Shown piece by piece: positions 27,419 to 38,200 of a stretch of 64,000 nucleotides of DNA (positions are counted from its first letter, which is position 1; each line of letters starts with the position of its first letter). The stretch lies in the NCBI GenBank assembly GCA_016218805.1, contig JACRCW010000008.1, positions 1 to 64,000 of the forward strand. The letters run 5' to 3'. A program made the translations under genes and the position numbers. Below the pieces are notes generated by a model. It had not been told where the DNA came from and ran no database searches. It saw only the letters and a program-made list of their open reading frames with translations. Origin of the DNA: Deltaproteobacteria bacterium. GTDB lineage: Bacteria > Myxococcota > JACRCW01.

Positions 27419-30400
27419 TCACTTGCACCAACTCTGGGAAGAGAAGCCCGCCATGCGCGTTTCGCTCCAGCCCGGGGCTCCGGGGTCGTCCACCACGGTG
27501 CGGGTTGCGTCCAGGCGGACGTCCTCCTGCACCAGGTGGAACGTATTGGACGGGATGCTGTTGGTGATGGGATCGCCCAGTTGCGGCAGGCGCCCGCTGT
27601 CCACGGCGCTGGTGTACGCCTTGTCGCTCGCAGCCACCGGTGCGTTGCCCATGGATTGGCCAATGCGGCCGGCCCACCACTCCAGGCTCTGGGATGGATC
27701 CTTGGCGTGGGCGGCAGCGGAGGCCTGGGCCACCAGCGCGTCGCGCGACGGCACCATGGAGAACCCCTCCCGCGCGTGCCCGGTGGGGCTGAAGGCCAGG
27801 GACGTAGTGGTTCCGTCCGGGTGCGTCACCCGGATGGCGGCGCCGCCGTTGTTGCAGGCGAGGCCCGCAATGGTGGTCTGCACCTCCCGCGGCGGGTCCG
27901 GGATCTTGCGCTCAACGGAGACGGTGATCGTGTAGGGCTCGTCGTGGGTCTTGGGCGGCCGTGCCGGATGGTGCACGGTTTCCCATTCAACAATGAGGCG
28001 GAAGCCGCAGTCCTTGCAGGGCTTGTCCGTGGGGACCTTGGGCGGCGATGACTCCACCATGCGGGTGACCATGGGCGGCAGGAGGCGCCACGAATCCGCC
28101 AGGTGCGTGGTGGGGTGCGTCTTCACCGGGTCCCGGTTGACGTGCGGGCTGGATGCCGCGGCGGACAGGATCTCGCGGCGCACCGGTGCCGGGGGCGACG
28201 CACCGCCCGAGATCTGCAGGCTGCCGCGCGCGACGTGTTGGACCGCCCGTGCCGGCGGCGGACGCCCGGTGGCCACCTCCTGGCGCAGCGGGTTCTGCAC
28301 GTTCTGCGCGTAGACCGGCCGCTCCTCCGCCGGCGTCGCGGGATCGAAGTTGAAGAACGCCCAGTTGGGACTGAGCCACACCGCCAGGCGCTGATCGCGG
28401 TAGCGCGGGCTGATGTACGTCAGCTCGCTGCTGTCCTCCGTCTCCAGCCCCTTGAAGCCGTGTGGCTCACGGTAGCCCGCGCTCTGGAAACGCTCGGTGC
28501 CCAGGGGGAAGTACTCGGTGTGCTGGACCACGTTCGCCTGCTCGTCCAGCGTGACCGTCACTGAGCCCTGGTAGTCCTGCAGCAGGTAGGTGGTCCGGTC
28601 CGCCGGCGCGCCGTTGTCGTCGGTGAGCAGCAAGCGGCGCGCGGCGCTGCGCAGCAGCACCCGCTCCGGGGACACGTGCGTGCCCGCCGTGAGCGCCAGG
28701 ATTCCGTCCCCGGCGGCATGCGCAAGCCACGCGTCCGCCGCGGTGATGGCGTGGTCCGGCTGCGGCGCCAGCGCGGCCCCTCCGTCGGCGGCGGGCGCCA
28801 GATCCGAGTAGAGATCCGCGGCAAGCGTGATGGACTCCACCAGGGCCACGCGGCGTCCGCCCGCCTCCACAAACAGCTGGGAAACGCCGTCGCGGACCTC
28901 AAAGTCGGGCTGCAGGTAGTAACTGTCGGCCACGGGGTCCCGACGACGCACGCGCACGTTCATCCCATCATAGGCGTAGTCCGCCAGCCGGCGGTTGCCG
29001 CGGTTGGCGCCAACCAGCCGTCCAAACGCGTCCCAGTCATACGTGTCCAGGCCCTTGCGCATCACGTGGCCGCGCGCGTCGTAGTCCAGCGTCACGTCAC
29101 CGGCGCGCGTGGCGGCGTGCGGGCCCGCGCCGCGTTCGCCGTAGGCATAGCTACCCACGTGTTCGCGGCTGGCCACGCTGAGGTTGGACGTCTTGCTGGT
29201 GATGTTCCCCAGCAGGTCGTAGCTGTAGTTCACCGTCTCCTCAAACGGCGTGCCCGGATCCAGGACGGCGGAGACCAGGTTGTTGCGCGCGTCAAACGCA
29301 AAGCGCGACTCGCCCGACGGGGTGCCCTGCCCGGACAGCGCGTCCACGACGGAAAGCACGTTGCCCGCACGGTCGTGCTCGTACGTGAGCGACTGCAGCA
29401 GCGTACCGCCGCGCGTCCGCGCGGTGATCCCCAGCGGGCGGGAGAGCACGTCAAAGTCGTACGTGAGCGTCACGCCGTTGCCGAGCACCATCCCGTCCAA
29501 GGTGCGGCCACTCTCGTAAGCCACGCTGTTGGCAAACCCCGCCACCGCCGTGCGCCGTCCCAGTCCGTCCAGCGTCCACGCCAGGGTGCGTCCGCCTGGG
29601 TACGCCTTTCCGGTCACGCGCCCGGCGCGGTCCCTCACGTCGGCAAAATCAAACGTGTGCCCGTCCAGGGTGCGGTGGTACGCCGCCAGGCGGTTGTGCG
29701 CGTCGTAGTCAAACGTGTCCATCGCCGTCGTGCGGCCCAGTTCGCCCACCGTGGGGTAGCTCACGGAGACCAGGCGGCCCAGGTAGCGCTCGCAGTCCGT
29801 GGTGCAGCCCGGCTTGCGGTCATACGTGTAGGTGATGCGCGTGCCGTCGGGATCCGCCTCCGCCCACGTGGCGGTGATGCGGTTCATCTCGTCGTAGGTG
29901 GTGATGGCCACGTCACCCAGCGCGTCCCGGTGCCAGATCATGTTGCCGGCCACGTCGTAGCGCGTCTCATCCGTGCCCATGTCCGGGTCCGTGGTGGAGG
30001 TCGGGTGACCCAGGAAATCCGCCACCTGGCGCTTGGTGATCCCGGTGCTGTCGGACATGCGCAGGGGCTGGTTCAGCTCGTCATACGCGTACCAGGTGGT
30101 GATGGCCTGGGGGGAACCGTGGTTGGAGACCTCCTTGTACTTGCGGCCCAGCCCGTCCATCCAGGACACCGTCGGCGAATCGTACGACGTGCTCTCGGGG
30201 TCGTTGTCCGCCTCGTCCCACACCGCCACGTAGCGCGGCCAGTACTGCGTGCGGATCACCGACGGCGTGCCGTACAGCTCGCCGTCCGGCCGCGTGGTGG
30301 TGAGGATGCGTCCCAGCGCGTCGTACGTGTTCTCGGCAAACGGGACGCCGGCGGGCGCCTGGCGGTCACAGCTGGCCGTGGTGGCGCGGTAGCCCTGGTA

Positions 30401-33400
30401 GAGGCGCCGCTCCATCCCCCGCCCGTTGTAGAGGACGTATCCGTCCACGTGGTACGCGCCCTGCGCGATCTTGGTGCGCCGCTGGTACGCGCGCCCCGTG
30501 CCGTCCATGCACGTGATGGTCTCCAGGTCCGCCGGGCCTGACTCCGTGGTGCGCTGACGCATGACCACGCGGCTCGGGACCACGTCGTCGCCAATGTCGT
30601 ATTGGTACGTGTACGTCGGTGCAGCGTCGGTGTCCCCGGGCATCACCACATTCACCAGCCGCGCGGAGGCGTCGTACAGGTAGCGCGTGATGTGGGGCGG
30701 CGTCGTCGGCGCGCCGTTGCTGGCCAGCATCCAGCCCGACGACTCGACCGGGTAACCGGTGACCGGGTCCATGGTCACCTCCAGGCGCAGCTCGTACGGA
30801 TCGTGTGTGGGATCGTCGAACACCAGCGTCTCAGCGGACACCCACAGCCCGTTGGCCGTGTACTCCATCCGGCGGCGGTGACCGTTGGCGTCCAGCGTTT
30901 CCACAATGCTGCCGTCCGCATCCAGTTTGTTGCGCGCCAACTGCATCCAGTGGTCCGCGTCCAGCCGTCGCTCCACGCGCACCAGGTCACCCAGCGTGGC
31001 CTGACCCAAGGGCAAGCCCACAAACGCCTCGCCGTCAAAGTAGTTGCGCGTCTCCGAGTAGATGTTGCTGCCCGGCCGCGAGTAGACCTTCTGCGAGGGC
31101 GACAGATGCAGCAGCCACTTCCCGTTGGACGGCGGCGGGATGTACGTGGTTTCAATGTATGTCTCGTCGCCCAGGCACGTGTTGCCACAGGGCTGGCCCA
31201 TCTCCGTGTCGCCACGCGTGCAGGCCTCGCATGCCCCGCCGCCCACGGAAGTGATGCCCAGTGACGAACTCTTCACCTGGTTGCCGCAGCCGTCGTACTC
31301 GTAGTGCATCTCGCGCACCACGCCCTCCTCGGCGGGGCGCCCTTCGCGTGACGTGTCAACGCGCGCGGTCTGGCAGATGTAGCGCACCGCCGGTTCCGTC
31401 CCGGTTGGGATCCCCGCCACCGGGCAGTCCGCGTACTCGTAGTGCGTGCTGTACATGACCACGCCGTTGTCCTCGCGCGTCACGTCCGTGAGCAGGCCCT
31501 TGCGGTAGGTATCCGCGCGGCCAATCTCATAGTGCTGCGTGGTCCGGCCCGCGTGCTGTGACGGGTCCCCTTCCACCACCGTCTCCACGTCGGCAAAGCC
31601 GCGGAACTGCTTCTCGCGGCCGTCGTACCACGCGTTGTGGTAGCGGTAGATGTTGACCTGTTGTGACCCGGCAATGCTGTCACGCGTGACCAGGCGGTTG
31701 AGCGTCAGCATGGGGAACGGCATGCGGTTGTTCCACGCCAGCGGACCGCCGTCCCGCGCCATGTGCTCCGTTGACGAGCCGTGGTCCGCCTCAATGACCT
31801 TGCCGATGCTGTTGTCGACCCGGTTCAGCAGGTTGGGGCGCATCGGGAACATCTCCAGGTACGTCACCGATCCCGACGCGTCGATCCACACGATGTCCGT
31901 GGAGCCGTTGCCGTCCATGTCAGCCAGGCGCACGGCCTTGTCCGTGGAGTCCGGAATGGCGCCGGAGGCCAGCGCGGAGGATGTGAGCGTGACAAGCGTG
32001 TCGAACTGGCGGCTGTTCTTGTTGAGCAGATATTTCACGCTGTCCGCGAGCACGAAGACCAGGTCGGACAGCCCGTCGCCGTTGAGGTCCATCAGGTAGA
32101 AGTCGTCCGGCGCCTGGGACAGGTCCCCGGAGAGGTTGGACACCGGCGCCCAGCGGCCCCGGCCCAGGTAGGTGCGGACCAGCAGCCCGTCGTCGGCCAC
32201 GCGCACCACGGCGTCCTGCATGCCGTCGCCGTTCATGTCCGCCAGCCGCATCTGGTCGGCCTGGAAGCCCCAGCCAATCGCGTCGGCCACCGTCCCCGTG
32301 GTCTCGTACGTCCCGTCCCCGCGGTTCAGGTAATAGAAGGTCTGGCCGGGGTCGCTGAACATCACGTCAATCTTCTTGTCACCGTCGTAGTCAAAGAACC
32401 GCAGGCTGGCGCCCTGCAGCTCAAAGTCCGGGAGGCTGTCATCGGCGGGGGAGGCGTGGTCCCAGTCCCCGGTGCCCCTGTTCCACAGGACGCGCCGGTT
32501 GATGGCGTCCAACAGGTCGGTGAACCCGTCACCGTCCAGGTCCACCAGCTGCAGGTGCGGGTTGGACAGCGCCACGCCGCTGCCCGCCACGGTGCTGTCC
32601 ACGGCGGTGCGGAAGCGGTGACCGCCGCCGGTGGACAGGTCATTGAGGCTGACGCGGTGGGTGCCACCCGTGGTGTCCAGCACGTCGGGAAGCGCGTCGC
32701 CGTTGAGGTCCACCAGGTCCGCGTTGCGGGTACGGAAGTCCACGCCCACGGGGCCCGCCATGGTCTCCACGTACGGCAGGCGGCAGTCCGGGCCCACGCA
32801 CTGCTGGCCCGCCTGCAGGACACTGCCCGTGTAACGGAAGTTCAGCCGGATCTTGTCCGCTGACGTGTTGGACAGCGAGTACGTCAGCACCCGCGCCAGG
32901 CGGGAGAGGCCCGCCGCGTTGTCCTCGTACTCCAGGCGGTAGCGCGAACGCTGCTGCCCCGCCGCCATCACCTTGATTTCGACGAGGCGCTTGCTGATCT
33001 CCACGAGGAAACCGGGTTTGCCGTCGGAAATGAGGTCCGGGCGGTCCTCGTAGCTGAGCAGGACCTCGTACTGCGGCTGACCGTTCACAAACACGTACGT
33101 GATGCGGGACAACAGCGACGTGGTGCCGTCCTTGATGTACTCGTAGTGGACCGCGTGGCCGTGTTTGTCGATCGTGTCCACCAGGTGCCAGCGGAAGACC
33201 TCGCCGGCCGGGCCGGTCACCAGCGCGTCGGGCCGCGCCACGCCCTCCGCCGTCGCACCGAAGTACGCGACCGTCCCGTCCGCATACTCGGACTTCCAGT
33301 AACCCGCGCTGCCCGCGCCCACCCACGTGTGCCGCGAGAACGCGCTCTCATAGCGGTTGCGGTACGTGCTGCCCCCGGGAAGCTTCACCAGCTCGCCGCC

Positions 33401-33784
33401 GAGGTCCACCAGGTCCGCGGCGGTGTACCGGGGCAGCCCGCGTGACGTCATGCGCTGCGCCGCCGGCACACCCAGCGTCCAGCCGATGCCGACCACGGAC
33501 GCGCCCGCGCCCGTGTTGTAGGCGAGGCGCAGCGAGGGGGTGGACGCCGGCGCGTGGCCCGGGGGCACGCCGATGGAGACACCGTACCCCATGATGCCCA
33601 TGTTGGTGTCCACGTCGGCGTCTTCGCCGACGCCACCAATGGAGCCGGGGCCCGTGGGCAGCTTCACGCGTGACGGTGACACACCGGATTCCTGCGCAAG
33701 CGCGGGGACCGTACTGAGGGCGATCCACACCAGCGGCGCGGTGACCCGGCGGTGCGTGTTCCTGAAACGACTCTGGCGTGCCAT
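27419..33784 (-). CDS. TcB-TcC-like fusion (SpvB-like, FG-GAP repeats, TcdB-midN-like, YD/RHS, variable C-terminus), copy L
   Basis: Sec signal ending PALA; KLPTGPGSIGGVGE; PSLRLAYNTG.G.S.VG.GW.L; repeated DxNGDG; YDGREKQFRGF; YD repeats; degenerate RHS core. Confidence 0.9.
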   Translation of the reverse strand: MARQSRFRNTHRRVTAPLVWIALSTVPALAQESGVSPSRVKLPTGPGSIGGVGEDADVDTNMGIMGYGVSIGVPPGHAPASTPSLRLAYNTGAGASVVGIGWTLGVPAAQRMTSRGLPRYTAADLVDLGGELVKLPGGSTYRNRYESAFSRHTWVGAGSAGYWKSEYADGTVAYFGATAEGVARPDALVTGPAGEVFRWHLVDTIDKHGHAVHYEYIKDGTTSLLSRITYVFVNGQPQYEVLLSYEDRPDLISDGKPGFLVEISKRLVEIKVMAAGQQRSRYRLEYEDNAAGLSRLARVLTYSLSNTSADKIRLNFRYTGSVLQAGQQCVGPDCRLPYVETMAGPVGVDFRTRNADLVDLNGDALPDVLDTTGGTHRVSLNDLSTGGGHRFRTAVDSTVAGSGVALSNPHLQLVDLDGDGFTDLLDAINRRVLWNRGTGDWDHASPADDSLPDFELQGASLRFFDYDGDKKIDVMFSDPGQTFYYLNRGDGTYETTGTVADAIGWGFQADQMRLADMNGDGMQDAVVRVADDGLLVRTYLGRGRWAPVSNLSGDLSQAPDDFYLMDLNGDGLSDLVFVLADSVKYLLNKNSRQFDTLVTLTSSALASGAIPDSTDKAVRLADMDGNGSTDIVWIDASGSVTYLEMFPMRPNLLNRVDNSIGKVIEADHGSSTEHMARDGGPLAWNNRMPFPMLTLNRLVTRDSIAGSQQVNIYRYHNAWYDGREKQFRGFADVETVVEGDPSQHAGRTTQHYEIGRADTYRKGLLTDVTREDNGVVMYSTHYEYADCPVAGIPTGTEPAVRYICQTARVDTSREGRPAEEGVVREMHYEYDGCGNQVKSSSLGITSVGGGACEACTRGDTEMGQPCGNTCLGDETYIETTYIPPPSNGKWLLHLSPSQKVYSRPGSNIYSETRNYFDGEAFVGLPLGQATLGDLVRVERRLDADHWMQLARNKLDADGSIVETLDANGHRRRMEYTANGLWVSAETLVFDDPTHDPYELRLEVTMDPVTGYPVESSGWMLASNGAPTTPPHITRYLYDASARLVNVVMPGDTDAAPTYTYQYDIGDDVVPSRVVMRQRTTESGPADLETITCMDGTGRAYQRRTKIAQGAYHVDGYVLYNGRGMERRLYQGYRATTASCDRQAPAGVPFAENTYDALGRILTTTRPDGELYGTPSVIRTQYWPRYVAVWDEADNDPESTSYDSPTVSWMDGLGRKYKEVSNHGSPQAITTWYAYDELNQPLRMSDSTGITKRQVADFLGHPTSTTDPDMGTDETRYDVAGNMIWHRDALGDVAITTYDEMNRITATWAEADPDGTRITYTYDRKPGCTTDCERYLGRLVSVSYPTVGELGRTTAMDTFDYDAHNRLAAYHRTLDGHTFDFADVRDRAGRVTGKAYPGGRTLAWTLDGLGRRTAVAGFANSVAYESGRTLDGMVLGNGVTLTYDFDVLSRPLGITARTRGGTLLQSLTYEHDRAGNVLSVVDALSGQGTPSGESRFAFDARNNLVSAVLDPGTPFEETVNYSYDLLGNITSKTSNLSVASREHVGSYAYGERGAGPHAATRAGDVTLDYDARGHVMRKGLDTYDWDAFGRLVGANRGNRRLADYAYDGMNVRVRRRDPVADSYYLQPDFEVRDGVSQLFVEAGGRRVALVESITLAADLYSDLAPAADGGAALAPQPDHAITAADAWLAHAAGDGILALTAGTHVSPERVLLRSAARRLLLTDDNGAPADRTTYLLQDYQGSVTVTLDEQANVVQHTEYFPLGTERFQSAGYREPHGFKGLETEDSSELTYISPRYRDQRLAVWLSPNWAFFNFDPATPAEERPVYAQNVQNPLRQEVATGRPPPARAVQHVARGSLQISGGASPPAPVRREILSAAASSPHVNRDPVKTHPTTHLADSWRLLPPMVTRMVESSPPKVPTDKPCKDCGFRLIVEWETVHHPARPPKTHDEPYTITVSVERKIPDPPREVQTTIAGLACNNGGAAIRVTHPDGTTTSLAFSPTGHAREGFSMVPSRDALVAQASAAAHAKDPSQSLEWWAGRIGQSMGNAPVAASDKAYTSAVDSGRLPQLGDPITNSIPSNTFHLVQEDVRLDATRTVVDDPGAPGWSETRMAGFSSQSWCK

Positions 33785-33801
33785 GGCCGCCTCCACGTGC
33801 A

Positions 33802-34779
33802 TCAGCGTTGGGCCTGTTGGATCTGCGCGGTGACGCCCGCCGCGGGGCGCCCCAACCGGTCGTAACAGTGCAACCGGGACACGGTGATCTGCGACGCCGC
33901 GGGGTTGGTCTCATCACGCATCTCCAGCGTGATGGCCCCGCCGGTGAGCGCCGCGTCTTCCCGCGCCACCAGGGACACCGCCACGTCCGGTGAGCGGTGC
34001 ACAAACTCGCCCAGCACCTCCGGGGCGAAGGTGACCGACGACACCCACAGCGCGCCTTCGTGGAGCAGCACGTCGCACGCGCGCAGGTCGCTCCCGTTGA
34101 TGGCCACCTCCACGCGGTGCGTGCCGCGGCACAACGTGCTTTCGCATGCGAGCCCGGTGTCACACGCGCCGTCACGGCAACCGCAGCCCAGTGATCCCGG
34201 CGCGCAGCCGCCCAGCGCGCAGCGGCCGTCAAAGCACCGCGCCGCACGGCCCTGGAAGGTGTTGCAGCGTCCAAACGCGCCGCACGGGCAACCCAGATCC
34301 CCGCTGGGACAACCGGCCACCGCCAGTTCGCCGTCCCGGCACTCCAACACCGGGCTGCCCGCCACGGGCGCGGGAGACTCAAGGCACGCCGCCCCCACGG
34401 TACCGTCCGCCGGCACCACCGCGCTGCGGCACACGTTCCCCAGGCAGGCCAGCGCCGTGCCGTCCACCGCGCCGCAGGTGCCGTCCACAAAACAGCCGCA
34501 ACCCAGCGCGCCGCGTGCGCAACCGGTGGGGGTGCAATAGCCGTTGTCACACGTGGCGGTCCCGGCGCATGCCTCCCCGGCCGCACACGGGCAACCGGCG
34601 CCACGTTCTGACGAGCAGGCCCCCGCCACCTGACCCGCATCCGCGGTGACTGCCCCGTCCGGGGTGTCCCCGGTTGTGGGCCGCTGACAACCACCGCCGC
34701 ACCCGGTGCCGACGGACAACACCACCCACGCGGCCAACAGGCGCGCCGGTGTCACTGCTGATTGAGTGAAGCGTTCCAT
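33802..34779 (-). CDS. Cys-rich lipoprotein with C-terminal beta-sandwich domain, copy L
   Basis: AGGAGG RBS; lipobox GTGC; 4-5 Cys repeats; paralog of 41329-42246. Confidence 0.8.
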   Translation of the reverse strand: MERFTQSAVTPARLLAAWVVLSVGTGCGGGCQRPTTGDTPDGAVTADAGQVAGACSSERGAGCPCAAGEACAGTATCDNGYCTPTGCARGALGCGCFVDGTCGAVDGTALACLGNVCRSAVVPADGTVGAACLESPAPVAGSPVLECRDGELAVAGCPSGDLGCPCGAFGRCNTFQGRAARCFDGRCALGGCAPGSLGCGCRDGACDTGLACESTLCRGTHRVEVAINGSDLRACDVLLHEGALWVSSVTFAPEVLGEFVHRSPDVAVSLVAREDAALTGGAITLEMRDETNPAASQITVSRLHCYDRLGRPAAGVTAQIQQAQR

Positions 34780-35209
34780 CACGCCTCCTGCGGACCTGCG
34801 CCACGGCCGCGTCCTGCCGCCTGCCGGGCATTGAACTGAGCGACCTTGCCAACCCGTCCCAACTTCCGGGGAGCAACAACCCCGCTTGCCGGCCGCGGAT
34901 GCTCCCGCACTGCGCGGTGCGGTGTCCAGCACCCGGTGATCCGCTCTCGTCGACGCTGGCGTGTACGGACGTATCCCACCGCGTTGCTCGCGCTGTGGGT
35001 TGCGTTCCTCACGGGTCTTGCGCCGGCGCCCCACGACGGGGTCACCGGGTAAGAACGTCAAAGTACCTCACCAGCCCAAACGGGACCGTCAGCAGCGCCC
35101 GACGGTGGCCTGTGTGCAATGCTCCCACCCACGTCGGACTGGAAGACCACTTGCTGATTGTGGCGGGCACCGCGCTGGGCTACGGGTACGGCGTTGCAAC
35201 CGAGGCCCC
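34780..35209. promoter_or_regulatory. Divergent promoter region shared by the two toxin cassettes
   Basis: 430-bp non-coding gap between divergent starts; no specific promoter motif securely identified. Confidence 0.5.
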
Positions 35210-38200
35210 ATGTCATTCCGTCTGGGTGGAAGACGATGCGGTGGTCACGCCGTGGCGGGGCTGGCGTTCGTCCTGTGTGCAGCGTCGTCCAGCGCCGCGG
35301 ACAAATCCGGCCTGGGACCGGGAAAGCTGAAGCTCCCCGCGGGTCCCGGATCACTGGAGGGCGTGGGCGAGAACGCGGAGCCCAACCTGTCCATGGGGCT
35401 GATGAGCTACGGCGTGCCGGTGCGCGTGCCGGAGGGCTACCCCGGCATGACGCCGTCGCTGCGGCTTGCGTACAGTTCCGGGTCGGGCAGCTCGGTGGCC
35501 GGCATCGGCTGGTCGCTGGGGACGCCAACCATTGAGCGCATGACCAGCAAGGGGCTGCCCCGGTACGCGCGTACGGACGCGTTTGCGGTGGACGGCAGCG
35601 AGGAGCTGGTGCGCGTTGCCGCCGACGGCACCTACCGTGCGCGCCACGAGGGCGGGTTTGTGCGCTACATGTGGGTGGACGCCGCGGCGGACGGCCGTGA
35701 GGGCTACTGGAAGGCGGAATACCCTGACGGGCGCGTGGCTTATTTTGGCGCGGACGCGGCGGGTGTGCTGCAGGACCACGCGCGGGTGACCGGCCCGGAG
35801 GGAACCTTCCGCTACCACCTGGTGGAATGGGTGGATCCGCACGGACACCACACGCGGTTTGAGTACGTGAAGGACGGGTCCGTCTCGCTGCTGCGCAACG
35901 TGCTGTGGGTGGCCCAGCAGGACGGCGCGTGGCGGTACCGCGCCACGCTTTCCTATGAAGCCCGTGATGACCACCTGGCGGACGGCAAGCCCGGGTTTGA
36001 AACGCGCCTGACCCGGCGGCTGGCGGACATCCGCATCTACTCGCGGGACGTGCTCATCCGGCGCTACCACCTGGCCTACGAACCCGACGCCACCGCCGGG
36101 GGCTTCACACGCCTGGCAAGCGTCACGCAATTCGCCGCGGACGACGCCACCGCCTACCCGGTCAACTTCTCGTTCAGCTACACGCCGGCATTTGCCGCGT
36201 GCGACACCGCCACCTGCCAGCCCCGCGTCAGCACGCTGCAGGGGAGCGTGGGGCCCGGCCTGGTCAGTGGCACGGCGGATCTGGTGGATATGAACGGTGA
36301 CGCGCTGCCGGACGTGCTGGAGACGGAAGGGGGCAGCCACCGCGTGGCCGTGAACCAGTACGCGGGGGGCGAACACCACTGGGATCCCGCGGGGAGCACC
36401 ATTGGGACCAGCGCGTCACTGGGCGCGGACGGCATCCAGCTGGTGGACATGGACGGTGACGGGCTGGTGGACCTGGTTGACGCGGAGGGTGACCGCATCC
36501 TGTACGGCAAGGGTGATGGCAGCTGGCGCGAGGTGACCGGTGTGGCCACGCAGCTCCCGGACATGGGCGGCGCGTCCAACTTCCGCTTCTTTGACTTTGA
36601 CAACGACAAGCGCATGGACGTGTTGTACGCGGACGGCGCGGCCACCTACGCGCTGCTCAATGACGGGTCCGGTCACTGGGACACCACGGCCACGCAGGGT
36701 GATGACGCGGGCGGCCTGTACGTCACCACGTTGGAGGCCGGCTTCCAGACCGGTCTGCAGCTGGCGGACCTCAACGGTGACGGCATGCAGGACGCCATCA
36801 TCTCCACGGCGGGCGGCGCGGTGACCTACCGCCTCTACCTGGGCCGCGGGCGGTGGACGCGCGAGGCCATTGAGATGCCCGGCCTCACCGCGGCGTGGTC
36901 GTCGGGCGCGCGGTTTGTGGACGTCAACGGTGACTCGCTGAGTGACGCGCTGCTGGTCCTTCCGGGCGAAGTGCACGTGGCGCTCAACCGCAACGGCCGT
37001 GCGTTTGCGCCCCCGGTGGTGATCAGCAACCCCGTGGGCGGCAGCATCCCGGTGGACCCGTCCCTGGTGCTGCGCCTGGCGGACCTCAACGCCAGCGGCT
37101 CCACGGACGTGGCGTGGGTGGATGCGTCCGGCACCGTGACCTTCCTGGACCTGGTGCCGGAGCGCGCCCACCTGCTGCGGACCATCCGCAACGGCATTGG
37201 GAAGAACATTGCCATCCGCTACGGCAGCACGGTGGGGCACCTGGCGCGTGACCTGGCGGCGGGGGCGCCGTGGGTCACCCGGCTGCCCAACCCGGTGCTC
37301 ACCGTGGACGGGATGGACACGTGGGACAGCCTCTCCGGCGTCCACCAGGTGCAGTCATTCCGCTATCACGACGGCTACTGGGACGGGGAGGAGAAGCAGT
37401 TCCGCGGGTTCGCGCGTGTGGACGCGGAGACGCCGGGGGACGCGTCCGTGGAGGACGCGCTGGTGAGTCACGTGTTCGACGTGGGACGGACGGACCGCTA
37501 CCACAAGGCGCTCAGCCTGGAGGTCACCACCCGCAGTGCGTCACGCGTGCTGGACGTGGTGCGCAACATCTACGGTGACTGCCCGGTGCTGGGCGTGCCC
37601 GCGGGGATTGAGCCCCCCGTCCGCAGCGTGTGCCTGCTGGCCGTGGAGAAAGAACTCCAGGAAGGCACCGCGCAAGGCGGCTGGGTCACCACGCGCGAAG
37701 AATACCAATACGACGGGTTTGGCAACCGCATCCTCACTTCCAAACTGGGCGTGGTGCGCACGGGCGCGGGCGCCTGCCCCGTGTGCAACCGCCCGGACGG
37801 CGTGACGGGCGCGCCGTGCGGCGAGCTGTGCCTGGGGGATGAGTCATTTGAATCCACCGACTACGTGCCGGTGAACCACACGGATGGCCGGTGGATGCTG
37901 GACCGGCCGGTGGTGCGCCGCAGCTGGGCCCTGTCCACGGCGGACGCGCCCAGGACGGAAGAGACCACCTACTATGATGGGGAGCCGTTTGTGGGCCTGC
38001 AGGCCGGCTTCCTGACCCGCGGGGACGCCACGCGCATCACCGGCCTGCGCCTGGCGGGTCAGGCCCCGGTGGAGGTTGAGCGCCGGCGGTTTGATGCGCA
38101 CGGGAACGTCGTGGAGGACCTGGACGCCACGGAACACCGCCGCCGCTACGAATACGACGCCGAGGGCCTGCTGCCGGTGGCCGAGGAGATTGTTTTCGCT

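Noticed and set aside
35183..35198. Sigma-54-like promoter (similar sequences at about 135 and 27218)
   Set aside because: The best GG/GC match is spaced 9 rather than 10 nt; position or strand is also unsuitable for the 35183 and 27218 sites.
34961..35209. ORF-track N-terminal extensions (also 42192, 35061, 59484, 56248, 19080)
   Set aside because: Downstream starts give an RBS and/or a signal peptide or domain start; the extensions are low-complexity or overlap other genes.
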